From a virus (Duplodnaviria; Caudoviricetes): a stretch of DNA of 44,111 nt. Below the pieces are notes generated by a model. The model saw only the letters and a list, made by a program, of their open reading frames with translations, had not been told where the DNA came from and did no database searches. The stretch is taken from the IMG/VR virus record IMGVR_UViG_3300034990_000013, positions 1 to 44,111 of that record. One strand, 5' to 3'. A program made the translations under genes and the position numbers. Shown piece by piece: positions 6,528 through 16,302 of the stretch (positions are counted from its first letter, which is position 1; the number at the start of each line of letters is the position of its first letter).

Positions 6528-6988
6528 TTTTGTCTTGTTAGTCGATAAGTAACAAGACAAAACCGGTTTTCTGTAAGCTATTATAAAATATAACGTTGTA
6601 AATATAGATTGAAAATATTGGGTATAGTAACAAGACAGTAACAAGACAAGCGTTTTTTCTGTAAGATTTTATAAAATAACAAGTTACGTGTTTTTCTGTC
6701 TTGTTGTCTTGTTACTTTTTTATATTCTTATATATAAATAAAATATGTACATAAAAAGTTTATGTAAAAAGTGTGATCTTTTATACGCGCTCACGTGTAG
6801 AGTAGGTGGAAGTAACAAGACAACAAGACAAAAAAAACATCAAGTTTATGGAAAATATTAACTTATAAAGAATTTTGCTGTCTTGTTACTGTCTTGTTAC
6901 TTTTTTATGTAAATTTAGATTTAAATATAAGATTATATAAAATAATGTTTTATAAATATAGGAGAAAAAAAAGTTTGTCTTGTTACTT
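6528..6988. repeat. symmetric array of AACAAGACA repeats; candidate replication origin or packaging site
   Basis: 11 copies in both orientations forming nested inverted repeats around about 6764 in a non-coding AT-rich gap. Confidence 0.8.
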
Positions 6989-7138
6989 CTCAAAACTGGG
7001 AAAATAAACTAAAAACGCTATTTTTGGAAAAATATCTCTTCCGGCACACTTACTTTATTAACTTGCGGAAAATTGGAAAATATACTATTTATTGGTTATG
7101 GGTTGTAGTAAGAAGACAAAAAAAACAAGGAAATCCCG

Positions 7139-7594
7139 TTGAAGGTACCTACAAGGCGCCGCGGTGGCACTCCTAAATGGAGCAATCGGATTAAACATGA
7201 TATCCTGTTTTGGGCTTCCCAAGGAGATATGACACTGGCTGACATCGCTGAGGAAGTGGGTATAACCGAAAATACTCTGCTAACTTGGCGAAAGGAAAAG
7301 CCACTTTTTCGCAAAGCTTTAGCTAAAGCTCAAAAATTTGTTAATGCGAAAATTGAGAAATCTCTTTATGAAAGGGCCCGGGGTTATAAACATAAAGAAA
7401 CAATCATACATACTTATAAAGGAAGAGTGACCGACAAAACTAATGTTATTAAGCATTATCCTCCCGAGACCCAAGCTTGCCTCAATTGGCTTTATAACAA
7501 AGATCCAAGCCGGTGGAAAGCTAAGCAGGAAATTGAAGTATCAAATATTGGGGAAGCGATTCGGGCCCTTGTTGGTCGGTTTGGAGGGGAATAA
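7139..7594 (+). CDS. terS: terminase small subunit (HTH)
   Basis: HTH LADIAEEVGITENTLLTW, SLYERARGY, HYPPETQA, WLYNK..W; upstream of TerL. Confidence 0.85.
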   Translation: MKVPTRRRGGTPKWSNRIKHDILFWASQGDMTLADIAEEVGITENTLLTWRKEKPLFRKALAKAQKFVNAKIEKSLYERARGYKHKETIIHTYKGRVTDKTNVIKHYPPETQACLNWLYNKDPSRWKAKQEIEVSNIGEAIRALVGRFGGE

Positions 7595-7595
7595 T

Positions 7596-7931
7596 ATGAC
7601 TAATATTTGCCAACAGCCACTTGAAAAAAGATTGAAAACAAAATATTTACGGCAATCTGATTATAATAACTCTCAGCATATGCCGGCCGACGACCTACCA
7701 AAGAAACAGGTTGATTATCTCCATACTATTTCTCGAGTAGGCAAAGCTCCGCTATCGCCGGCAAGCGTTAAAGAATGCGTGATTGACTTCTTTAAACGTA
7801 ATAAAGGTAAGAAGCCCACAACAATCGTCACTACCTCGGCGGCTAGCAATCGGGGTTTAGGAGTGATTGTTCCCGAACTAGGTTACGTGTTTATACGTTT
7901 TAAACAAGGGAAAAGGTTTAAAATTTATTAA
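7596..7931 (+). CDS. hypothetical protein
   Basis: start at MTNICQ after GGAGGGG; lies between terS and terL. Confidence 0.7.
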   Translation: MTNICQQPLEKRLKTKYLRQSDYNNSQHMPADDLPKKQVDYLHTISRVGKAPLSPASVKECVIDFFKRNKGKKPTTIVTTSAASNRGLGVIVPELGYVFIRFKQGKRFKIY

Positions 7932-7932
7932 C

Positions 7933-9774
7933 ATGAAAACTTTTTCTAAAGAAGACCAGAAATTTATGCATACACTTGCCCGTAAGACAGGGCTTGATTA
8001 CTGTGATGTTAAAGCGCTTGCCGGTATGATTGGAGATAAACCCACTAGAATTGAAAATTTTCTCAAGATTCAGGATAAAAAAGGTAAGTTAGTTCCTCAA
8101 AAACTTTATCCTCATCACCGCAAATATTATAAGTATGCTAAACCTATATCATATGTGCTTAAAGGTCGGCAAGTGTGGTTCACGACTACAATAATGGGTG
8201 ATTTCTATTTAGATTGTATAGAGCGCAACGGAATTAATGCTGCTTTCATAAATCTTGACCGTAACAAAACGGAAGCCGTCTTTGAACGTGCGAAGATAAT
8301 GCATCAAAATTACCCTTTCAAGCCGTCTCTCAAGCGTGACACAGGTAATAAGTTATCTTTTGCAGTCACAAACAGCACGTTTTCAGCTTTAACAGCGAAG
8401 AATGATATGGGTGAGAGAGCAGCAGGTGAATTCGGTCGCTCTCTGACTGCTCATGATGTACACTTATCAGAAGCGGCTTATATCGTACATCTTAGAAAGA
8501 TGTTAGACGGCATTCACGGCTCAAGACCTAAAGATGGAAGTAGTAGAATAATTCTCGAATCAACAGGTAACGGGGCCCAAGGTGATTTTTACAACGATTG
8601 CATGATGATTAAAGATAACGGCTCTGAAGTTGTACCTAATGTTTGGCATTTCGGGGAACAATCTTTCCATTTCATACCATGGTTTGAGCATTTAGAATAT
8701 AGACTTGATTATAATCCTTTCGATAAAGCTTATTTAACCAGGGAAGCCATAGACAAATGGATTGAATATGAAAAAGAACATAAACAGGAAATGGATAAAT
8801 ATGACGACATGGATAAGGAAGATAAGAAAAAAGCTATTTATTTTCTTCGTTATGTAGCTGTTAATGAAAACGGTTTAGCTGCCAGTCCTGACAGAGCTAT
8901 AAAAATTACTGGACAAGAATATCCAGCGATTGTAGATCACGCCTTTCAGCATACAGGAATGATTTATTTATCAGCAACCAGAATTGAACAATTATCAGAT
9001 AAATGGAAAAAATACAATGCTGAATCTGAATGTTCACCTTTACCGATTATAGGTCGGCTCATTAAAACACCGAATAATAAACCGGAATTCACAGCTGATT
9101 CACAAGGGGATATAAGATTATGGTTTCCCCCCGTCTATGGTTATAATAACAGATATTTAGTTTCTGGTGATATTGGTGGTGGTCTTCCAGATAGTGACCG
9201 GGATTATATTACGGTTAGGGACAGGTTAAGAAATTTAACTGTTGCGGTTTGTCATGGTACTTTCGGACCTAAAAAAACAGCTTATTTAATGCGCATGTTG
9301 GGTTATTGGTATGATATCGCTCTTTTAGTTTGGGAAAATAATAATCACGGTATTGGCGCCACAATTGAATTTCGCCGTGAAGGATATCCTAATCTTTACA
9401 CTCATAATGATAAAAGAGAAAACGACCTTGATTTCGGATGGCAAACCACAATGAAAACTCGAAGGCCGATGTTGGAAATATTCCGGAATGACTTCGAAAA
9501 TCAGATTTCAGGGTGGGAATGTCCTTATGAAAGTTTTTATAAAGAAGCTAGAGCGTTTAAAACTCCTCCAGGGTCAAAAAAAGACCGGCCTGAAGGTGTA
9601 AACAGTCACGACGACTGCGTTATGGGTGAAGCTATTGCTTCGGCTGTTTCTTCACTTATGCCTGATGTTGAAGAAAAATCAGATTTCCAGAATTATGAAC
9701 CGGGAACTGTTGGGCATGTGATTGTTGATAAATTAACAAACCAAAATAACTCAAAAGCTTATAGGAATTTTTAA
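7933..9774 (+). CDS. terL: terminase large subunit
   Basis: LKGRQVWFTT Walker A-like, VHLSE Walker B, ESTGNG, nuclease acidic motifs GDIGGG and HDDCVM. Confidence 0.93.
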   Translation: MKTFSKEDQKFMHTLARKTGLDYCDVKALAGMIGDKPTRIENFLKIQDKKGKLVPQKLYPHHRKYYKYAKPISYVLKGRQVWFTTTIMGDFYLDCIERNGINAAFINLDRNKTEAVFERAKIMHQNYPFKPSLKRDTGNKLSFAVTNSTFSALTAKNDMGERAAGEFGRSLTAHDVHLSEAAYIVHLRKMLDGIHGSRPKDGSSRIILESTGNGAQGDFYNDCMMIKDNGSEVVPNVWHFGEQSFHFIPWFEHLEYRLDYNPFDKAYLTREAIDKWIEYEKEHKQEMDKYDDMDKEDKKKAIYFLRYVAVNENGLAASPDRAIKITGQEYPAIVDHAFQHTGMIYLSATRIEQLSDKWKKYNAESECSPLPIIGRLIKTPNNKPEFTADSQGDIRLWFPPVYGYNNRYLVSGDIGGGLPDSDRDYITVRDRLRNLTVAVCHGTFGPKKTAYLMRMLGYWYDIALLVWENNNHGIGATIEFRREGYPNLYTHNDKRENDLDFGWQTTMKTRRPMLEIFRNDFENQISGWECPYESFYKEARAFKTPPGSKKDRPEGVNSHDDCVMGEAIASAVSSLMPDVEEKSDFQNYEPGTVGHVIVDKLTNQNNSKAYRNF

Positions 9775-9775
9775 G

Positions 9776-9976
9776 ATGGGTATAATAGCAGATGCATCTG
9801 AAAAAGAATGGGAAGCCAGACACGATTTTGAAACAATCGTAAGAGCGCGAAAAATAAGTCAAGATAAAAAGAGATGGGACAAGGCCATGAAAGCCGGGGA
9901 AAAGCTTAAAACTGAGAAAAATAAAGAAATGAAGGCTTTTAACGATGTTATAAAAAACCCTAAAAGGTTAGGATAA
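9776..9976 (+). CDS. hypothetical protein
   Basis: tightly packed between terL and portal. Confidence 0.8.
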   Translation: MGIIADASEKEWEARHDFETIVRARKISQDKKRWDKAMKAGEKLKTEKNKEMKAFNDVIKNPKRLG

Positions 9977-9980
9977 AATA

Positions 9981-11786
9981 ATGCCGGCTAAAGAAAAAGC
10001 CATTGTTGAAGGTATTGAATCCCGGAAAGATGATTATTTCAGCTCTGAAGCTTTTTCTTATTTTAAAGAGCAGGGAAACGCTGTTTCAGCAGCTGTAGAC
10101 CAAAAATATCTTTCCGGGGAAAGAACAACCCGGTCTGGTTTTTATCTCGGGGCTACTACTTCTCAATATGAAGCTTTGACCCAACATTTTAGTAAAACAT
10201 TTTCTGATCCAAGGCCCCTTTTCATTTTTGATTCAAAAAGAATGGGTGGAGAAGATTTAGCCCTTTTAGCTCAAAGATTTCTTAACAGGGTTTGGGATAA
10301 TATGGGCGTTGATAATAGTGGTGGTGTCCCTCAATGGATTCAACTTTGCCGAGATGTGCCTATTTTCAATATGGCTGTCGCTCACCCCTGTTGGAAACGG
10401 GTGGGGGGATATAAGGAAAAACCGGTTGTGAATGAGGGGGCTTGGGCCCCTATTGTTGAATGGTCCAAAGAATTTGATATTTTATTGAATGAGCCTGATA
10501 TTCAGCGGATTCATCCGTTTAATTGGTTTGGACAATTTGATAGATGTAGGGATTTGTCCTACGAAGGTTTTATCGATGAATGGGACCCCTGTATAGTAGC
10601 CGCTTTATTGAATGATGAAAGTTATAAACAAGAAAATCTGCAAAAATTAGCTGAGGAAATGAAAAAAGGCCAAAGAGAAAATGATGATAATTTTTATTCC
10701 AGTGATAAAAATAAAGCGAAAAGTAATACTTCTCGTTCTGCCACTGTTACAGTTTATTGGGGTACACTTAATCATATCAAAGGTATGGAAGATGATCCAA
10801 ACGAATATTTTATAATCTGTGATTCCAAGAGAATCTATAAAATGAAAGTGAATCATATACCTGGATTTCGTCAAATTGTCCGGGTTCGCTCGGAAATATT
10901 AAATGATTTTCCTTTTGGTCGGTCTTTGTTAGCCCCGAGTTTACCGCACACTAAAATTTTGAATTTATTCACTAATTTAGGTATTGACGACACGATAATG
11001 AGGATGCATAATGGGTGGGCTGTTTGGGAACAATTTCTTGTAAACACTAATGAATTTATGAATCCGGAAGGAACAAATAATACAGTTAGAATGCGTAAAG
11101 ATGCCCCTGCAGATAAAATTCCTAAACGAATTGGTGGGGAATCTTCCGGTGTTATGAATGACATGTTTCAAATGTATTCACTGATAAAAAGGGATAATGA
11201 AACGGTAGGTCTTTCAGATCAAGCTAAAGGAGTTAAATCACTTAAAAAAGAGACTGCCACGGGGCAGCTTATAGACCAGCAAGCGGACGATTTGCGCGTA
11301 CTGAATTCTGTTATCACAATGTCCCAAACCGGGCTTAAACCTATAGCAAAACAGGTTTTAATGATGGCTTTGAGAAACACCCCGGAAATTGAAAGAAGAA
11401 ATTTAAGTTATGACGGCGAAATTTTCAGTGTTGGAAATAAAGAAATGATACAAATTTGGAATAACAGTTTTTTTGACATAGATGATTCGGTCAGTGTTAA
11501 TCAAGAAAACGAAACTGTTAAACTAATTAATTTTCTTGGGCAATCTCGGGAAATATTACTTCAAAATCCGAATGGACTTGAATATTTACAAAATATGATT
11601 CGGGATATTGGAAGAAAATCAGGTCTTTTAAATGTTGAACGTTATTTTCCTGAGCATAACCCACCCACAATTCCTTCACAAACCACAACATCACCTCAGC
11701 CCGGCGCTGTTGATCAATCCCCTGGTGTTTCTCCTAATCCAGCGCCCGGAGCTGAGGTTTCTGTTGAACAAGGAATCACAGTATGA
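9981..11786 (+). CDS. portal protein
   Basis: 601 aa after TerL; FPFGRSL and ETATG motifs, Pro-rich tail as in podoviral portals. Confidence 0.85.
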   Translation: MPAKEKAIVEGIESRKDDYFSSEAFSYFKEQGNAVSAAVDQKYLSGERTTRSGFYLGATTSQYEALTQHFSKTFSDPRPLFIFDSKRMGGEDLALLAQRFLNRVWDNMGVDNSGGVPQWIQLCRDVPIFNMAVAHPCWKRVGGYKEKPVVNEGAWAPIVEWSKEFDILLNEPDIQRIHPFNWFGQFDRCRDLSYEGFIDEWDPCIVAALLNDESYKQENLQKLAEEMKKGQRENDDNFYSSDKNKAKSNTSRSATVTVYWGTLNHIKGMEDDPNEYFIICDSKRIYKMKVNHIPGFRQIVRVRSEILNDFPFGRSLLAPSLPHTKILNLFTNLGIDDTIMRMHNGWAVWEQFLVNTNEFMNPEGTNNTVRMRKDAPADKIPKRIGGESSGVMNDMFQMYSLIKRDNETVGLSDQAKGVKSLKKETATGQLIDQQADDLRVLNSVITMSQTGLKPIAKQVLMMALRNTPEIERRNLSYDGEIFSVGNKEMIQIWNNSFFDIDDSVSVNQENETVKLINFLGQSREILLQNPNGLEYLQNMIRDIGRKSGLLNVERYFPEHNPPTIPSQTTTSPQPGAVDQSPGVSPNPAPGAEVSVEQGITV

Positions 11787-12166
11787 TAAAAGCTTGGATT
11801 TTATTTAAATGGTGGATTGTGAAATTACTTGGTGGGGAACGTACAAAATATGTTCAAATACCTTCTTATCATCCCAGAAAACCGATGACTTTGAGCGACT
11901 GGGAAGAAATAAGAGCTATGAAAGAAAGAGTCCCCGCTTTTTTCAAATGGTTGCATGGTCACATGGAAGACATTGAAAGTCAATTGTTAATTTTAAATCC
12001 GGAAGCTGATAGAGAAAGATTAATAATCAGTACTCGGGTGGCTGACTGTTTAAATTTTATGAATTTACCACTTTTAGCGGATTCTGAATTGAAAAAAGCG
12101 GAATTTAAAACTAAAAACAGCCGAGCTTTAAACAATCTCGGTATAATCGAAAAAGGAGAAAAATAA
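11783..12166 (+). CDS. hypothetical protein
   Basis: ATGA-coupled to the portal gene. Confidence 0.75.
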   Translation: MIKAWILFKWWIVKLLGGERTKYVQIPSYHPRKPMTLSDWEEIRAMKERVPAFFKWLHGHMEDIESQLLILNPEADRERLIISTRVADCLNFMNLPLLADSELKKAEFKTKNSRALNNLGIIEKGEK

Positions 12167-13413
12167 TGCCAGGAGAAAATCAAAATATCAGTTCTGAAGA
12201 GAATCAAAACTCTCAAGCTTCACTAAACGATGATAGCTTTCAAGATTTCACGATTGCGGACGATGTATTATCTGAATCTGAACTAATGGAAGCTAATTTT
12301 TCACCTACTAAAAAGGAACAACCGCCTCAAGAAGAGGAAAACACTTCTGGTGATTCTGAAGCAAAGGCCAATGCTAAAGATGAAACAGGGGAGGGCTCCG
12401 AAGAAAAATCCAACCCTGAAGACCTGGAACAACCGCCCACTTCTGATTCGAAACAATTAGAAGAAGGGGAAAAGGCTCCTGAAAACAAATGGTCTGAAGA
12501 ACAGCGGAAATGGATGGAATCTAAAGGATATTCTGATATACCTTTTTCTGATTCTGTTTTAAAGATGCTGCAAAGTTCCCAAGAAGCTGAAAAGCGTACC
12601 ACTGATCTATCTAAAGAAGTATCTAATCTTAACAGCCGTTTTAGAACTATTCACGATATTATTGTGAGTGGTGATATGACAGAACTTGGTGAATTGGCCA
12701 AGCATATTGGAGCTGATTTGAATTTTGATACTCGAACAAATGATGATCGTATAAAAGAAATAACTGATAATTATAATAATGTGGCCGAAACTTTTGACCC
12801 GTTATTTGATCGGTTAAAACAAGTTTATAATCAAGCCGTTGGAGCTGGTGACAGTGAAAGGGCACAACTTATTAAAAGTGTGTCTGATGCTGTTAACTCA
12901 AGTTTGAATAGTTTATATAGTTCTTCCAAAGAACAGATAGACGATTTGAAAATGAAATCAGCTATTGATAACGGTGTTAGTCGTAAACTCGGGATTGACC
13001 CTAAATCCGGTAAAAGATCATCATGGTACAGTAATCTTTCTGAGAATGCTAAAAACGCTTTCACAGAGCTTCGAAAACTCGACCCTAAAGCCGATGATTT
13101 CATAAAGGAAATAGAAACCCTTATGGGCCCTGAAAGCGCTTTTGAGGGTGCCGGCTGGACTGTAGCAAAACAGTTCGGTCAAAGTCCACAATTAGCGCAA
13201 GCCGGCTTTAAAATCGGTAAAGCTCTTAACTTACTTAGACAATTTGAATCCGGAGATCTTGAAAAAGGTTTTATGGAGAAGTTTAAGAAGGAATACGGGA
13301 ATCAAATTGGGGTCACTGCCGGTAATGGTAAAAAAGGTTTTTCTAAAGATTCTAATAATAAGGAAGCTCCAAACTATGACTGGCAGGAAAAAATGATGCT
13401 TAATGGATTTTAA
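12166..13413 (+). CDS. capsid scaffolding protein (putative)
   Basis: very acidic disordered N-terminus, helical body, immediately before the capsid gene. Confidence 0.7.
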   Translation: MPGENQNISSEENQNSQASLNDDSFQDFTIADDVLSESELMEANFSPTKKEQPPQEEENTSGDSEAKANAKDETGEGSEEKSNPEDLEQPPTSDSKQLEEGEKAPENKWSEEQRKWMESKGYSDIPFSDSVLKMLQSSQEAEKRTTDLSKEVSNLNSRFRTIHDIIVSGDMTELGELAKHIGADLNFDTRTNDDRIKEITDNYNNVAETFDPLFDRLKQVYNQAVGAGDSERAQLIKSVSDAVNSSLNSLYSSSKEQIDDLKMKSAIDNGVSRKLGIDPKSGKRSSWYSNLSENAKNAFTELRKLDPKADDFIKEIETLMGPESAFEGAGWTVAKQFGQSPQLAQAGFKIGKALNLLRQFESGDLEKGFMEKFKKEYGNQIGVTAGNGKKGFSKDSNNKEAPNYDWQEKMMLNGF

Positions 13414-13429
13414 CAAGGAGTAATTTTTT

Positions 13430-14659
13430 ATGACTATTTCAAACACGGTGGAGCAAGCGCTTGCCGCTGCGGGGTTTAACTCAGCTAATTGGGTTCCCGA
13501 GCACGAGCCTTATGCCCACATTCTTACCCAAACGCGGTTTGCAATGATCGCCCTTTTTGGGAATGAGGATATTGATCCGGAAGCTAAATTCGATAAAACG
13601 AAAATTAAAAAGGTTCCCGCTTTAATAAAATCAACTCCCAGTTCTTCAATGAATCCCAAAATCGATCAGTATACCACTTTGCCCACCACTTTTACAGTAA
13701 ACGGTGCTGTTACAGGTTTGGCGGCCGGGGCTGATAAAACCGTAACGCTTGTTAGTACGGCTGGAATCAAAGCTTATGATGTTCACAGGGATAAAGCTAC
13801 AGGTTCAGAAGTTATTGTCATATCTGTTACAAATACTACTCAGTATGTCGTAAGACCTTTCACTGGTGGTGTTTCTGGTGATGGTTCTGATAACATAGCT
13901 AATGGCGCAACATTGGAGTTTGTGAACAACGCTTATCAGGATGGAGCTACTTTTGGTGACGGTTTTCGCTCGACTCCGGCTCAGAACTCTAACTATATGC
14001 AAATTAGTATTGAAGAGTATGGGATCGGCTTTGTTGAAGAAGAGCTTAAAAAATATCCTGGTGAAAGTAATCAGTTTATGACCAGAAGGCAGCTTGCCCG
14101 CATCAGACATAACCACGGTCGTGAAATGCGTATGCTTTTCGGTTCCAGTGTTGCTAATACAACGGCTGTTTCCGGAGCGACGATTTACGGCGCTGCTGGT
14201 CTTTTAGGGCTCAGTACACGTGAAATAAACGCTGGTGGTAGTATCACTATGGATGAGTGGAATTCGGACATAATGCCTCTAATCGCTCAGTATGGAAGCG
14301 GTGATTACCACGCAATGCTCGGTTCAAAAGCCGGCGCTGTTTGGACAAATTTAGCCGCTGAATTGATTCAAACCACACGGCAGGATCGAGTGTACGGTAA
14401 CAAAGTGAAACGTATTGAAACCGCTGTTGAAAACCTTGTGCTTCATCCCACGGAGCCGATGAATAGACGCGATGGTGAAATGCTTTTCTTTCAGCCTGGT
14501 ATGCTTGAGAGGAAATACTTTCCTAAATTCAATTCTGTTCATTTAACAGCCGTTGGCGCTCGGAATGTCGCTAAAAACGTAAACGCATATATGACGGTAG
14601 AAACATTAATTCCGCGGAATCAAGATGTTATCTGCCTTGTGAAAGGAGTGTTAGCCTAA
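13430..14659 (+). CDS. major capsid protein (SU10-like, with inserted beta domain)
   Basis: position, AAGGAG RBS, NYMQI and E..MLFG motifs, Thr/Val-rich insertion near the N-terminus. Confidence 0.82.
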   Translation: MTISNTVEQALAAAGFNSANWVPEHEPYAHILTQTRFAMIALFGNEDIDPEAKFDKTKIKKVPALIKSTPSSSMNPKIDQYTTLPTTFTVNGAVTGLAAGADKTVTLVSTAGIKAYDVHRDKATGSEVIVISVTNTTQYVVRPFTGGVSGDGSDNIANGATLEFVNNAYQDGATFGDGFRSTPAQNSNYMQISIEEYGIGFVEEELKKYPGESNQFMTRRQLARIRHNHGREMRMLFGSSVANTTAVSGATIYGAAGLLGLSTREINAGGSITMDEWNSDIMPLIAQYGSGDYHAMLGSKAGAVWTNLAAELIQTTRQDRVYGNKVKRIETAVENLVLHPTEPMNRRDGEMLFFQPGMLERKYFPKFNSVHLTAVGARNVAKNVNAYMTVETLIPRNQDVICLVKGVLA

Positions 14660-15189
14660 TGAAAAAATTAATACCTTTTTTTCTGTTATGCGCTTTAGCG
14701 CTTTCTTGGGCTGTCGATATTAAAGTAGCCAGATCCGGAGATCACATAAAGTTTTTCGACGATGCTACTTTTTATATTGACACTGGTGTAACCACTGAAG
14801 ACGGAACCTATTACTGGGATATTTCTTTACTCCCTAGAAATGCAGCCACAACCGTCTTAGGAACTTTTGGAATAACTTGTGCCGATTCTGGTGGTGGTAC
14901 AGATACTATGGATGTTACTTTAACAATCTATGGTAATTATTCCAGAGATAAAAATGGTCAACCGGAGGGCACTTGGACTTCTCTTGGTACTGTAGCTATA
15001 ACCAGCGCGACAGGGGCTTCAACAGAAGGTATAGGTACTATTACCGATGCTGAAGACCCTTTGTTCTTATGGGCTAAAGTATCAAACGATGAAGTTGCAG
15101 GCGCGGCCCAAGCCGGGGAAAAATCCCAGTGTACTGATGTCTGGTTTACTCCGCGTAAACCAATAGCAGAACAACTGTTTAAAAAATAA
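14659..15189 (+). CDS. beta-rich protein with Sec-type signal peptide, coupled to the capsid gene
   Basis: MKKLIPFFLLCALALSWA|VD; TAATG overlap with the capsid stop. Confidence 0.85.
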   Translation: MKKLIPFFLLCALALSWAVDIKVARSGDHIKFFDDATFYIDTGVTTEDGTYYWDISLLPRNAATTVLGTFGITCADSGGGTDTMDVTLTIYGNYSRDKNGQPEGTWTSLGTVAITSATGASTEGIGTITDAEDPLFLWAKVSNDEVAGAAQAGEKSQCTDVWFTPRKPIAEQLFKK

Positions 15190-15195
15190 TCACTC

Positions 15196-15220
15196 AGGGA
15201 GGTTTCGGCCTCCCTATTAA
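15196..15220 (+). terminator. terminator-like hairpin after the capsid operon
   Basis: AGGGAGGT-TTCG-GCCTCCCT with a weak U-tract. Confidence 0.7.
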
Positions 15221-15241
15221 TTAACCAAAAGGGAATAAAAA

Positions 15242-15607
15242 ATGTCAGATACATACACGACAAACTCAAAAAATGGCTTTGTAATAAAAATTAAGCCAGG
15301 ACAGACGGAACTTGTCGGTGGCGTAGGTGGAAAGGTTAAAGTTAAAACCATGAAGCCAGCGGTATGGGCAAAGCTCAATTTTATGGAAAAGTTTGATTTG
15401 AAAAAAGAAGCTGAAAAGCTTGGTGTTCCGGTTGAACTTTTACGTAAAGTTCTTATTGAAGCTGAAAAAACTTCTCCAGTCCTTTGGACTTGGGCTAAAC
15501 GACCTGTCGAAAAAGTCAAGAGACTTCTTGAGGATGAAAACGATCGTTTAAAAGAAGAAAATTCAAGTTTGAAAAAGCAGCTTGAAGCGCTTCGTAAAAG
15601 TAAATGA
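15242..15607 (+). CDS. hypothetical protein with C-terminal coiled coil
   Basis: ORF in the structural module. Confidence 0.8.
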   Translation: MSDTYTTNSKNGFVIKIKPGQTELVGGVGGKVKVKTMKPAVWAKLNFMEKFDLKKEAEKLGVPVELLRKVLIEAEKTSPVLWTWAKRPVEKVKRLLEDENDRLKEENSSLKKQLEALRKSK

Positions 15608-16302
15608 ACTATTCCAATCTAGAAGAGCGCCTGATAAATGACTTGTCATGGACAGGCGCTTATACAAGTACTTCCGGTTTAAAACGGTTGAAAAGCGCTA
15701 TTTTATCCGCAGCGTTAAAAGTATGGAATAAACGCCCTTTACCCTGGATGATTTCAAGCACAACATTAAACACTACATCCGGAACATTAGGGCCTTACGA
15801 TCCACCTTCTGACTTTAAAGGCTTTCCGCTTCCAAGGGAAGCTTCCAACTTTTTATGGGATGATGTGCCTTTAAGCTATGTTATAAGGGAAACCGAAACA
15901 GAAGAATGGCGTATTTTTTACGATGAAAATCAGCAAAAATTTTATTTTCAAAGTGATCCCGGTGATAACAGTTTAACTGTTTATTATGTTGGATCTTTTG
16001 ATAATGTTTTAACTAATATATCGACGACTATGAGTGTTTTCCCGGAAGAACTTTTCGAAGTAATTAAAAAATTTGTTATTTCTGACAGGCTTGATAATTC
16101 TAACTCTAAAAAAGAATCTCAAGCTTATGAAGCTGAAGGTTACGCTCTTCTTGAAATATATTACGAGAATTTTTTCGCAACTAGAAGTCGCTCTAATCAA
16201 CGCAGAACAAAAGGCTTTAACGGTGCTAATTATGACGGGATAGCCGAAGCTTACCCTTTAAACAGGCAATTAAGCAGAATACAGCATAATATTTATGGCT
16301 AA
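15604..16302 (+). CDS. head-tail adaptor (putative)
   Basis: size, position and helix-beta-helix pattern typical of podoviral adaptors. Confidence 0.6.
   Translation: MNYSNLEERLINDLSWTGAYTSTSGLKRLKSAILSAALKVWNKRPLPWMISSTTLNTTSGTLGPYDPPSDFKGFPLPREASNFLWDDVPLSYVIRETETEEWRIFYDENQQKFYFQSDPGDNSLTVYYVGSFDNVLTNISTTMSVFPEELFEVIKKFVISDRLDNSNSKKESQAYEAEGYALLEIYYENFFATRSRSNQRRTKGFNGANYDGIAEAYPLNRQLSRIQHNIYG

Noticed and set aside
6528-6988. Possible mini-CRISPR array
   Set aside because: Repeats are only 9-23 bp, occur in both orientations and are irregularly spaced.
7098-7142. Frameshift at the A8 run joining ATG 7098 to terS
   Set aside because: The TTG at 7139 has its own AAGGA RBS and ATG 7098 has none, so no frameshift is needed.
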